Assembly (NCBI GenBank): GCA_965113315.1
Contig: OZ220374.1
Length of the DNA: 64,000 nucleotides
Strand: one strand, 5' to 3'
DNA from: Podarcis vaucheri
Taxonomy: Eukaryota
Part shown: positions 25,414 to 37,986 of the stretch, piece by piece
Layout: each line of letters opens with the position of its first letter
How positions within the stretch are numbered: position 1 is the stretch's first letter
Notes under the pieces: generated by a model
What the model was told of the DNA's origin: nothing
Databases searched by the model: none
Seen by the model: the letters and a program-made list of their open reading frames with translations, nothing else
Program-made: the position numbers and the translations under genes

Positions 25414-28016
25414 CTAATAAAGTTGAACATTATTTACAAATTTATATAATTCATAAGATAAATAAGGTTGCATTCTGCCCGTAAACCTATTCAGCTTGAC
25501 ATCTGGAGTTTTGTCATGTTTCTTTCCCGTATGTTAATCAAACTTTTTCAGCTGAAAAGTGATGCACTTCTCCAAATGGGTCTATTTTTAGAGCAAACTT
25601 AGTATGAATGTTTCATCTTGTGTCAAAATTGAAAATGTGGTTTAAATATTGGGTGTGATTAAGCAGTGTTCTCTGTACTCTTTATTAAGGCAAGCAGTTT
25701 CACATAGTGGTGCAGGAATCCTGCAAGAGAAAGTATGAATGAAAACTTTTCCAAGAGCGGGCTTTAGAGTTTTCAACATGTTGGAATCCTTTCGCTTGAT
25801 CAAAGCTGCATTTTAAAATCCTTCGTTAATACCTCATTTCAGGTTATACCACCTTCCCATGTAGTTCCTCAACAGAAACTTGCTGCTAATGACAGTTCAG
25901 CAAAACTGATGAGTCACCAAGCTTATGCTTTCCAAAACAGCTTGATTATTAGTGTTGAGGCATTGAAATTTTATGCTTAAATGGGCAGCCAGCCGTTCTT
26001 GGTTGGATATTTCAATTTATTCCTTATTGAGGAAGCAGATTAGAGCAAAGCTAAACAATGGTTGACCTGAGCCTTTGAATCGGTGCCAGAATGCTAGTTC
26101 TATTATTTGCTGCCTTAGAAGTGTTGAGCAACGATGAAGCCCCTAGGAAATGGCTTTACATTGGGCAGTAATGCTTGTTGTTGAATCTGCAGCTTGTCTT
26201 CCTGAAATAAATACTATTTTATTAGAGGAGGAAGACATTAAGAAGGCCTTTTTCATAAGGGACTGCAATCAAATTGGATTTGGTTTAAGCAAACATAAGA
26301 ATCAATTTGGCATTCTTGCTTCACTCCTGCCTTTGGCTAGTGTATGGGGGGGGAATGGAGATAGCTGGTTATAGCAAGTTTCTTGGATTAAACTTCCCTC
26401 TTCTTACCTTGGAGCTGATTGCAAGGGAAATCTTTTTTGAAAACTTTATTTAATTCAAGCTCGTTCAGATCTTGTTTTCCAGAGATCCTTGTTAGTAAGG
26501 GTTTGTCCCTGTGTTGTGATGAAATCGTTTTCAGTAATTCAACTGTACAAGCCAAAGTGTCACAACACGCAGTTGGTTCCTGCATCATGGATTTTACTAA
26601 AGTTGCGTAATAATGACTTAAGAAGCAAGTATGCAGTCCAGTTTTGTCATTGGGGTGTCTATAAATGGTCCTCTTCTGCAGTCACTCTGAGCCAGAGGCT
26701 TATGATTCTTAAGTTGGCATGTGGTGTTAGCATAGTTTCAGGCCCTAAATAGCAATCAATGTGCTTAATCATAAAGCACAATGCAGTTAAGAATATAAAA
26801 ATAACAATTGCCTATCATTCCTAATGGCTGATTTTTAGTACTGGCATCCTAATGCATTATTGATAGCAAACTGCACTGGTAATGGTTTCTTAGAAAGGAC
26901 TGTGGTGGGTTAACACTGCAGCTTCCCTTCTCACCAGATTTCAGCACCGTGTGATGGGAGATAAAAGCCAGGCTGCATCATGAAGGGTATGAGGACACAG
27001 CCGTTCAGGATCTTCCTGGACTTTTGTGACTTTCCATTGGAAATGAGGGGTAGTGTTTGCCCTAGCAGTGAAGCATGGACAGTGGAGGAAGGGTACTGTG
27101 CCAGCAGCCACTACACAGACTTCTCAATTCATACCATTTTACCTTACTGTGTTTGGGCTTCCCCCAACTTTTCTATCATTGACAGTCCCCCCAGGAAAGG
27201 GGCAGCAGGGGGTTCAACATAAGTTGATCATTAAAAGTGAACTATGAGACCATATCTTTACTACTTACAAGTAAAGAAATACTACATCATCCCCCAGACA
27301 AGCAGCAGCAGATGCACATAAATTGCCATCACTTGTAAAGCAAAAAACTGGGTCTGATTGCCATGCATCAAAAGTGATAGACACACTACAGTAAGCTGAA
27401 TTCCCCTGGGAACATGACTCTTGAATGAAGGTCTTAATTTTGCACCTGGGTGCATGTCCGAAATGGTTGAATGGAAGCTCAAAATTCTTTAATTTCTAAA
27501 CTTTCATTGATCACTATGGGATAATTTTTGTTACTGCCACTGTCTTTATTTTAAAAGCTATCTGAAACATTTTAGCCTTTTCCTTAACTTTGGTGGTCTC
27601 CTAGCCACTACTCTGTGGTACAGTCAATGAGTGAAGAGCTAATGAACATCAGTATGTGCTTTGTTTTTGTGTTTAAAAGAAAAATCCTCTGGGGCTGCTT
27701 CTTGAACTTTGAACCAGAGCAGCAGCCATTAGACTTTGTCTGTTGCTATGCACCTAGAATGCTGAGTTGTCTTTGGCAAAACCACAAAGCTGTTGGATTG
27801 TTCAGCTCTGTCACAGCTATTTGTATTGTCCAGAGCACTCTGACCGTGTTCAATTAAATGCAAGTCCTGTACAAATGTGATCCAAAATGGATTCTTTGTT
27901 GTTGTTCTTCTTCTTCTGTTGTTTGTTGTTGAAGGCTGCTAAATGTATTATCTGGAGTAGCTTGGAAGGCCTCATCCCTTCAGATGATTTACTATAATAT
28001 GAGAATATTTTAATTA

Positions 28017-28185
28017 CCGTATTTTTCGCTCTATAACACGCACCCAACCATAACACACACGTAGTTTTTAGAGGAGGAAAATCCGTAGGCATGCCACCCG
28101 TAGGCATTTCCTCCATAACACGCACAGACATTTCCCCTTACTTTCTAGGAGGAAAAAAGTGAGTGTTGTGGTGCAAAAAATACGG
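28017..28185. mobile_element. Short Tc2/pogo-like MITE related to 3236-4285
   Basis: Same CCGTATTTTTCGCTCTATAACACGCA left end, TA TSD. Confidence 0.8.
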
Positions 28186-28412
28186 TAAATACAACCAGTA
28201 ATGTGATGATAGGAGCTTTGCTTTGGAAGCTACTGCAAGCCTCAGCAGTGAAAAATGTAAACTGTGGAGACATCCATTAGGCGTCCAATGATTATGTTAT
28301 CACTAGAGTTAGACTGTCATCTACAGAGGCTTAGCTTCTGAAGCACAGTTCTTATTGTCACAGTACTGACGACATCTTCAGTAAGCTGTCTTTCCTAAAA
28401 GATAGTTTAAAC

Positions 28413-28598
28413 CAGGGGTTGTCAACCTGGTCCCCACCGCCCACCAGTGGGCATTTCAGGATACTAGGTGAGCGGTAGGAGGTTCTACGGCACAAGCTGA
28501 ATCCTCCTTCTATAGAGTGCTGGTGGGTGGTAAGGAAATTTTACCATCAAGAAAGATGCATTAGTGGGCGGTAGGTATCAAAAGGTTGACTACCCCTG
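28413..28598. mobile_element. hAT MITE
   Basis: TIRs CAGGGGT(T/A)GTCAACCT, 8-bp TSD gtttaaac/gttttaac. Confidence 0.8.
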
Positions 28599-31529
28599 GT
28601 TTTAACAGTTAAATGAGTCTGTTTCCCTACCTTCTCTCTCAGCTTGAGGCCAAGGATAAACTAGAACTGGGGGCCCAGCCAGATCACCAGAAGAAGCTAA
28701 TGTGCCTGCCAAGACTGAGCATGGAATAGAGTGGCAATGGCTGGTGTAAAAAATAGAGACCTCCATCTATTGCGTGGCACTCAGCTCTCAAAAGCTGAGT
28801 GCTGGTAGCTTAGCATCTGTCTGATCCTTACTTGAGGCAGGGAGGACAACTGCAGTGCCAGGTTGCTAGACGTAGAGGTGGGAAAAAAAACTTAAACCAG
28901 TAATTCCAGTACTAAGTGGTAGAGTGCACTAGTGTGCCATGACAAGTTTGTTTGTTGGTATCATGTAGCATAAGGTTTCCACCCACTGACCGTGAGAGGC
29001 GACTGTCGTCAGTCACTGTACTTTCTGAGTTGGTTATGGCTTTTTCTGAGAAGCTGCCATCAAGGTGGGTATTTGTGTCATTCCTTTGCATAAAATGGCA
29101 TTTTTAATGTGCATGCCTCCAGAGGAAGGGCCCAGAACAAGTAAATTTTTAGAAAGGAATAGTCTTAACATGTTTAAGGGATGGTTGTCTATCATTGATT
29201 TTAAAGGCAACCTTCATCTTTTTTTATTACACTGGAAAAAATAACTCAGAATATTAATTTCTGCAATAGGCAGTTCATGTTGTGCTACTAATGAATGGAG
29301 TATATTTTGTGATTTTACTATTTTATATGGTTTTGGTTTATTGTACTTTTGGTTTATTGTACCTTTATTTGGTACTTTGAATGCCTTTGGCACCCAAAGC
29401 AGTATATCAGTAAACTATAATGGAACACAGATTTCCTCCATGTAACTAACTGAACTTTGCACGAGTCTCTGACAAATTAGGAAGTCTTATCCAGTAACTA
29501 AGGAGCAACTTAGAATTTTTTTTTAGAGAAAGAAGTGAAGCCTACTCCCAATTGCAACAAGAATGTAGGTGGGTCGTGCCCACCCCCCGGAGTCTTTAGT
29601 AAAACAGTTCTAGATACAATCAAAATTATATATTACATATCTGCGCCATGTAAAAGTTGCAGGTGGATTTCAGATTTCATCATAGGCAGTACTTGATTGC
29701 TGCCAGCAGTTTGTCATGTCCTGTACATGTCTCTACAGTTTTTTCAGCTTTGAAGATGGAAAACTGGGTCACAACCTATAGAAGCCCTTCCAAAATATCT
29801 GCTCTTACAGGATGCTTCCATGAATATGAGGAAGGAACCACACTAAGATGTCTGTAACTCTGAACTTTTATCCTGTTTAATACAATTTGCCAGCTACAGT
29901 TTTTTGTGGCCATTTCTGAAAGCTGCCATTTTGAAGTTTTCATTATTAAGTACCATTAGCTGACATCTGATCCTGGAGCTTAGAACAAGCAAGCTGAAAG
30001 GCCTAGCAAAGTGGGGTTAAGTAGTAGTGACCTAGGAAAGAAGGGACTGTGGACATGAAAGAAAGCACAGCAAAACAAGCGATTGGATTCAGAAGAGGCA
30101 ATTGTCCAGAGGAAAGATGATAAGGGTAGAGGTGGGAGAGAGAATCAGGATCTGAAAAAAGTGAGGAATCACATATCTGAAATACCTAGGTAGATCTTTG
30201 ACTGCAGGCCTCTTGTACATTTAATGTTTTAGTAGTTGTTAGTAAGGGCAGAGTGAAAAGTCTTTCCATATTGGCCTTAAAATGGACAATAATGGTTTGT
30301 TTACAACACTGTTTTGGAATATGAGAGAGAGCTGAGAAAATCTCCACCTCCTGAATCTAAACATTTCTTGGCTGCTGTGTAGCAGCTGAAAACAGATGCC
30401 TGCTAGCTGTGCAAGGTGTAATGTGGTCTGTTAATGATATACAAACTGCTAACATCAAAAGGGAGAATAAACAGTACTCTAGTGCCGCTTCCTATTCAGA
30501 GATGCACTTTCTCCCTAGGCAGAGGGTGGTGAGAATGAAAGAGTTGCTGGCATCTTTTCAGTAGCTTATTAACCAAAAAAAGGCTTTGCTGGCAGGATGT
30601 TTACCTCTGTATAGCAATTATGATAGTGAGAGGGAACATCTTAAGTGGCAAGAGTGTGGTGTTTTGCCTGCATCAGTTTGTCTGTCTGGTGAGATACCTG
30701 CCTGCAGATAGGAATTTTAGGACTGGCTGCAGTGTGGAGTGTTCTTTGCTGGCAGAGTGGATACAGCTGAGGTGTGGGCGTGGTCCAGAACTTGATATAA
30801 GGATAGGCTCGTCCACAGATGATAGGGTCAACACCAAAGGAAATGTTTCGAAGACTGACAGGCTCTGGATTTGCTTCCTGGTGACCCAGTGATCAGCTGA
30901 TCAGGAGAGAGAGGAATTTAAATTAGATGCTGGCAGTTCACAGTCAGAAAGCGATAGGGACTATCTGAGAGAGTGCAGGCTGGAGATTGTCTGTGGGTTA
31001 GATGGGGGCCTGGAATTAGGGATAGAGACCCCTTCTGCCCACCCAAACAGAAAGTCCCTGACTACCTGAGTGGGGTCAGATAGTGAACTGGCAGAAGGTA
31101 AGACGGGATTGTCTGTGAGCAGGCAAGGTTCTATCTACATGAGGAGAAGGGAAAGATTCAGAAAGGGACTGGGAGTGTTAGACAATAGTTATCCTAGAAA
31201 GAATTTTAGCAGTGACAGGTTAAAAGCATGAAGTTACTTAAGAAAGATCTTAAATATCTCTGTAAAGGGTGTTCATTTGAAACAAAGTGTTGTGCCTTTC
31301 AAAAGTAACAATTAAGCTTTAACCTCTTTAAATGTAAGCAAGTTACTGTTTTGTTCTAAAAGTGCTTCATCCTTTCATAGATCCTTTGGGTGAAAATTAA
31401 GTGATCACACGTTCCCCTTCACCTAATCATTACACCTTGCTAAAAATAGTAAATTGAAAACCTCTACTATGGGAATACATTGAGCCGTCTGATTTGGTAG
31501 TGCTGGTCAGTCCAGAATAAGACACTGCT

Positions 31530-32600
31530 TATTCACAACTTGATTGTGGATGAAGGGGGCCGACTTGGCATGTGTTACCAATGCTTGGATGGGTGAGCTG
31601 GATGAGCTTCATCTAACTCAACTGTACCCATTTGGGTCCTCAGTACAACACCAGGCTAGATGGAGGATATGTGTGTTGTTATGGTCCATAGAAGCACCAT
31701 CTCCTTTACCAGAAAACCTCTTGATCTTAGGATGGTTTAGGATGCTAGTCTATCAAAAATCCTGTTGTCCACCAACATCCCTGATGAGGTGACCAAGACA
31801 GTCTTTGGCATTGTTTTTGGCACTTTCTGCATGCATGCGGAGATTGCGCTTGGACCGCCATGTGGCTTCATGGTCTCCATGACAACCATACAGCTAATGG
31901 TCATAGAACCAACACATGAGGCAGGGCATGCCCTTTATGTAGTCTTTGACCCAAGTGATATGAGGGAAGGTCCAGATGTAACCGGGTGGGGTGTGGATGT
32001 GCAATGTCCGTGTCATGGTTGGAATGTCCCGTGTCATGGTTGGAATGTTACCTGGTGAAGTTTGGATTGGTAGTGGCAGTTTCCCCTGTATGGGTGATGG
32101 ACCCATTTGGATGCCCTTCTCTCAGGGAGTTGTCCCTGTTGCCTTCAGATAGGGGTGGTATGGCCACTTCTAAAGAAATGATCCCTGAACCCTTTGGGCT
32201 GGAGCATTCACAAATACCCCCTTCTTGAGGAAGGTGGTGGGACATCTGCAAGCGTTCTTAGATAACACAAGCATTCTTGGATCCGTTCCAGTCTGGGTTC
32301 CAATCTGGCCATGGTACAGAATCACGTCTTGCTCTGCATGATGGATGACCTTTACAGATAGTGGGACAAGGGGAGCGTGACTTGCTCTTCCTTCTTGATG
32401 TCTCTGCAGCTTTCAGTGCCAAATCACAATAGTGTGGCTATCTGGAATGGGAATTGGGGGCATTGTGCTACAGTGGTTCTGGTCTGCGCAGGGTACACAA
32501 TGCAGAAGGTAGTGTTGGAAGAGTGTTTTTCATCCCGTTGGCAGTGGCATGAATGAGAGACAAGAAGCTGAACTTGAATCCTGATAAGATGGGCCTTGCT
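31530..32600 (+). mobile_element. Degraded L2 LINE ORF2 pieces (endonuclease and RT)
   Basis: GADLACVT endonuclease-like piece near 31556 and 'ttggatccgttccagtctgggttc...cttgatgtctctgcagctttc' (LDPFQSGF...LDxSAAF) at ~32278-32415; frameshifted and interrupted. Confidence 0.65.
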
Positions 32601-34084
32601 CCATTGAATGCTTTCACCTTATGCAGCAGAGTCTTTAGAGCCAAGAAGTTCGTTGCTGAAAATTCAAAAGTAATGTGTCTTCAGTACTGAACTAAAATCT
32701 GTGATTCTGAATTATCTGTCTCTATTTTTTTTTAACTGGCAAATTATGGAATGGTCTTGATCAGGAAGAAAGGAACTCCATGTTGTCTTCTGCTATAGTA
32801 GATTTGACCAGGAAAGGAGAATGGATTCTCCATCATTGCAAGTAAAAATTGTCAAGTTTAAATGCAAAAATGACATTTCATTTAAAAGAATTAGTGTGCT
32901 GGTTTTTTCCACAAGATGAAATGAGATAAGTCTTCTTAGCACAAACATCTGTGAAGCAGAAATATAGTATTCACCATACACAACAGTTTCTTTGCAAGTG
33001 ATTTTTTTTCCCCTTTGGGATTGTTCTTGATTATTTATATTGGCTTCAGTTATTGCTTTTTTGTGATTTAATATTTAAGATATGTTTTGTTATAGCTGTA
33101 AAATGCAATACAAATAAGAAGCAGCAGCAGCCTGGGAACTGTGATAGAGAAATGTGATATAGCTATTCCCCTATGCATAGAGCTAAACACAGCTTCATTG
33201 GAAAGGCTGGGGAAGATCAGTGAAACCAGCATATGTTGTATGTTGCAGTGCAGCTGTTCATATTTGCCAACAGTGCTTTCTTTGTAAATTTCAAAGAGCT
33301 GATGTTTCCTGCTGAAGTGGGTTTCAGGGTACTGAACCAGGAGCATTGGTGAAAGGCTTGTGTGTTCCAACGTGTTTTTTTCTATAGCACTTTCAGTCAT
33401 GCTAAATGCTTGTTGCAGCAGCTGCCTCAGAAGGTTTAATAATGTGTTAATCCGATTTTGCAGGCGGCAAAGTCATGATAGGTACTTCATTTATTAAATT
33501 TGAATTATGAATAATTTCTTATGAAGCCTCTCTCCAGCCAAGTAGCGATCTTACGGCTGAACAGCAATTTGACCTCCCTAGTCTATGTCCATCATTGTAA
33601 CCCAGCCTTCTTCCACTTGATGACAGGCATTTTAGACTTAAAACTTCCAAAACCTCTTACCATTAGCTATGCCATTTATGGCTGATGAGAGTTGTAGTCC
33701 AAACATCTGAAGGACATTAGAGGAAGACAGCTCTATCCACCATACCACACTGTTATCCTAGTGCTTCAATCAAAATCCATGTTTGGGATAGATACTTGAC
33801 ATTTGTGCCACCCATCTTCTGTGTCGTAGGGTAAATTGTATAAATTGCAACGATGCAGCTAAAATTGTCTAACCTGAATGGCTACATGAAAAATAAAACT
33901 CAAGATATGCTTAGCATTGTCAAATTACATTTTGAAAGTCTTTATGTCTGCGTAGGCAGAAGTTTGATCACGGGGTGATTTTGCAGTAGACACACCAGTT
34001 GGCCAGCAAGGATTTGACTACTAATAGCAAGACTAGAGGCTCTTCTACTTAAATGCAGTTTTGCACTATGTATATGCAAATTAA

Positions 34085-34452
34085 GGGACGCGGGTGGCGC
34101 TGTGGGTAAAACCTCAGTGCCTAGGACTTGCCGATCGTATGGTTGGCGGTTCGAATCCCCGCGGCAGGGTGAGCTCCCGTCGTTCGGTCCCAGCTCCTGC
34201 CCACCTAGAGGTTCGAAAGCACCCTTAAGTGCAAGTAGATAAATAGGTACCGCTTTATAGTGGGAAGGTAAACGGCGTTTCCGTGTGCTGTTCTGGTGCT
34301 GGCTCGCCAGAGCAGCTTCGCCACGCTGGCCACGTGACCCGGAAGTGTCTCCGGACAGCGCTGGCCCCCGGCCTCTTAAGTGAGATGGGCGCACAACCCT
34401 AGAGTTGGACACGACTGGCCCGTACGGGCAGGGGTACCTTTACCTTTGCCTT
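34085..34452 (+). mobile_element. Full-length Sauria SINE
   Basis: GGGACGCGGGTGGCGCTGTGG head, GGTTCGAATCC B-box, ACCTTT tail, 13-bp TSD TATATGCAAATTA. Confidence 0.9.
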
Positions 34453-35315
34453 TATATGCAAATTATCCTAGTCTGTGGCACAGTGAGGTTCAGCAGACAA
34501 CTGGCTCTGACCCGCCATTATTTTGAACTAGAACCCTAGAGTTCTAGTAAAAAACAAAAAGTAGATCCTACAAGTCTGAAGTCTGCCCACGCCTGCTCTA
34601 CATAAAACATTTTTTTGCGAATTGCAGTTTCTCAACCCTTTAGCAATATGACCAGTCTGTTTTGGTGATACTTCACACACCTAACCGGGGCTGTATTTGT
34701 TTTCAAATATGGAGACACCCATGTATAAACATTGCTTACTAATCAAACATGTTTAGTCATCTGTCCAGTCTTTATTGCAAATGCCAATTGTTTCCATGGA
34801 GTCAACTGGCCAGTCTTATCAGCTTGGTGGGCACGGTTCTATTTCTTCCTTCCATTTTTTTTAATGGTTTGCAACATCACTCACAGTTACAATCAACTTT
34901 ACAGCCTTAAATTTTGTGTCCCCTTGTTCTTCAGAGAGTAACTTGATGAGGTAATAAGCCAAACTAAACACACAAACCACAGTGGAGCAGTGTGGACATA
35001 CTTTTTAGAATCATTGTGGTAGCAATGAGTTTCCAGCTCATCACGTATTTATAGAGAAATTTTGTCTTTGCCAGTGAGGCTATGAATAGCCTGAGAAGAA
35101 CCCAATCGTGTTTTTTAAAATTGAAGATCCAGTATGAACCCTGGACTTTCAGTGCAGTCTGTAAACTGTTATTGAGTGGCATTGCCTTCTGTTTACCACT
35201 ATTAGCAATATACAAAATGAGCTATGCATTCTTAATGCCTTTTTTCTTCTTCTATCCTGCAGCTTAGGTGGTGATCAATACAGTTCTCTCTGAGGAGCCA
35301 GAAAGCAGGCAGCTC

Positions 35316-35396
35316 ATGACTTCTGATCAGGACCCTAAAGTTGTGGCTGAACCGCAGGTGCAGCAAGTACAAGAAGTTAAAGATAGTTCTCATCTA
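35316..35396 (+). CDS. LARP4B: LARP4B canonical first coding exon (exon 35263-35396), MTSDQDPKVVAEPQVQQVQEVKDSSHL
   Basis: Polypyrimidine tract + AG at 35261-35262, ATG at 35316, donor CTA|GTAAGT, phase 0. Matches the recalled human N-terminus MTSDQDAKVVAEPQ...KDSAHL. Confidence 0.93.
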
Positions 35397-35849
35397 GTAA
35401 GTATCATGGCGAAGACTTGATAAATCTGAATGCATGAAAGTGTGGTTATTTTAGCCACTGTTCTATCCCCTGAATCTTATGCCTGCTTTGGGTAACTTGT
35501 GATACAAGTTATTTTCTGTATTGGTTCTGCAGCAAATAGAAGTCTTTTCTTGGCTCATTTCATTTAGTTGTGCTAAGCATATGAAACAGAAAGCAACCTT
35601 TCAGCTTTCTGGTTCTGCTAGTTATATTCATTCAAAGGAGAAGTTTTGTCATAGGTTCTCTTAGTCTAAAACAGGAATAAGCTACTGTGTGTAACAATTG
35701 TTTTTTTATATGCTTACTCTTTTGACTTTCTGCTGCACACACAGGGCTTTCATTTCAATAGCCAACAGCGTTAAGGGAGGTGTTCTGGAGTAGTAAAGTC
35801 CACAAAATGAAATTTGGATAAATTGAAATTATTACTATTACTATTGATT

Positions 35850-36570
35850 GACTGATGATTACCTGCCCTTCACTCGTAAGGTTCCAGGGCAAGTTACAAC
35901 ATTAAAATACAATATTAAAAACAGTTCGGAGCACAGTCACAGAAACAAGGTGGGTCCTAAACATATAATCTCAACTGTCAAAAGCTGTATATGGGAAGCT
36001 GTATAATGAAGGTACCAGATGCAGCTCTGTTAGGAGGGAGTTCCACAACTTAGTGGCTGCCACAGAGTTAGCCTCTCCTGGGCTCTGTCTGCCAATCTTA
36101 GCAGAAGGGAAGGAGATGACTTTTCGAGTATTGGGGGCCTGAGTTGTTTAGGGCTTTAAACATAAGCATCTTGAATTACGCTTGGAAATGAACTAGCAAC
36201 CAAAGCATCTTGAATTAGGCTTGGAAATGAACTAGCAACCAATGCAGCTGTTTTAAAACAGAGGTATATCATCGTCGTCGTCATCATTATATTTATTAAA
36301 TTTCTATATAAGGTCTGGTTGCTGCATTTGGACCAATTGAAGTTTCTGAATCTCCTTCAAGGGCAGCCCTACACTAAGCCTGTTGCAATAATCCAAACTG
36401 GGAGTTACCAGAGCATGGGGTACACCGGCCCACATCATCTCTGTCCAAAAGGGGCTGTGGAAGGGGAAGCATTCAGACCTGGAAAAAGGCAATCCTATCC
36501 ACTGAGGCCACCTGAGCCTCCAGTGACAATGATGAATCCAGGAGCATCCCCCAAGTTTGTGAACCTGTGA
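35850..36570 (-). mobile_element. L2 LINE fragments with an internal 39-bp tandem duplication (36164-36241)
   Basis: Minus strand encodes HALVTPSLDYCNRLSVGLPLKEIQKLQLVQ, an L2 RT C-terminal motif. Confidence 0.75.
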
Positions 36571-36671
36571 AAATTGGCATCCTACAATATTCTTGTACTA
36601 TATATTTGAATTTCAGCACAATCAATCATGGCGTCAGCCTTTGGGCAAGCAGCCTTTTCTTTCCTATGTGC

Positions 36672-36696
36672 GTAGTAGTAGTAGTAGTAGTAGTAG
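36672..36696. repeat. (TAG)n microsatellite
   Basis: About 8 TAG units. Confidence 0.9.
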
Positions 36697-37986
36697 ACTG
36701 AATTAATTCAGCAAGGGCAGCTACTGGTGCAGAGAGGTGCTGGATGATATTTTATTGTTGCACAAGCCTTGTTGAGGACCTTTGCAAATGGCTTGGACAG
36801 CAGTGGGATTCTTTATTAACAATATCCCACCAAAAGCGTGGTGAAGAATATCTTGTGGTAATGGCAGATATTGGCTCAGCCAGGGGAATTAATATAGCCT
36901 GATTATCTTTCTCAGAACAAGCATCACAGTTCTCTTGGTTTAGGAAAACATAGGCTGGCCAAAAAATCTTTAGAGATCTGAACCTGCACATCAGGAAATA
37001 AGGATTCACACTCCCACCCATCTGTCAAATTTGGCCAATTGGGCAGGGCCAGATAAAAATCTGATCCCCAGAGCCAAAAATGTTCCTCATCCCTTCTGAA
37101 ACTTGTGGACGTTCTCTCTTTAGCCAGACTGAGGCAAAACCTGTTGGTTTTCCTAGTCAAGGTATGCCACAAGGAATGGTTTTTCTTTTGTGGACTTTCT
37201 CCTTCTCATGCCCATGTTTTGTGGGCAGAACTGAATTGTTTCGGACACATTCCCCCCCACCTGCCCCAGTTTGGGGCATCACATCGAGAAATTGAGGTGA
37301 ATCGTGTTAGTGCAAATGGTCATGTGAGAATAGTATGTAAATTACATGTTGGAAGTGGGCAAGCAGGATGGTCTTCATTGTTGTCTTCTCTCTCCTGCCC
37401 CGCAAAAAAATTAAAAAGCAAGGAATTACTGGAGCGGTTTTAATTTGCAGTACCTTTAGAATGAACTCTGAGGCTTTGAACTGTACTTTGGATAGAAAAA
37501 TCCTGTTGAGTCCCTAACAGAGTTTCCTTGTTCTATCAATTCCTAATTACAGCAAATTAACACGCAGTATTACAGTAGGTTAGGATGCATATGCACCCTT
37601 TTTTGTTATTCAGTTCAATATGGGAGTGGCTGCTCTGACAAGGCATTCATACATTTAGAAGGAGAGACAGACAGCTAAAGTTCTGAACACTTTCATTGTT
37701 TGGGAGATGAAAAAAATGAAGAAAATCCTCCAAATACCTAGTACAAGCCAGAAAAATAGATAGCTGAAAGTCACATTGTTTAGCATAATGCCGGCTTTAC
37801 ATAGAGGCATTTTAGGAACTGGGCTTTGGATTTTGAGTGGCAATAGCATATGAACCCCCTGCACTGTTTAAACAGTGCTATTTTTGGCATCTGGGTGTTG
37901 GCTTGTCTGCCCAGCAGCCTTGAAGTGAAGTGGGTATATGCAGTAAAGAGCTCACAGTTCCGCGACTTGTAAAAGGCAACATAAAA

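Noticed and set aside
30600-31420. Purine-rich stretch resembling a solo LTR
   Set aside because: No clear TG...CA termini, TSD or second copy identified.
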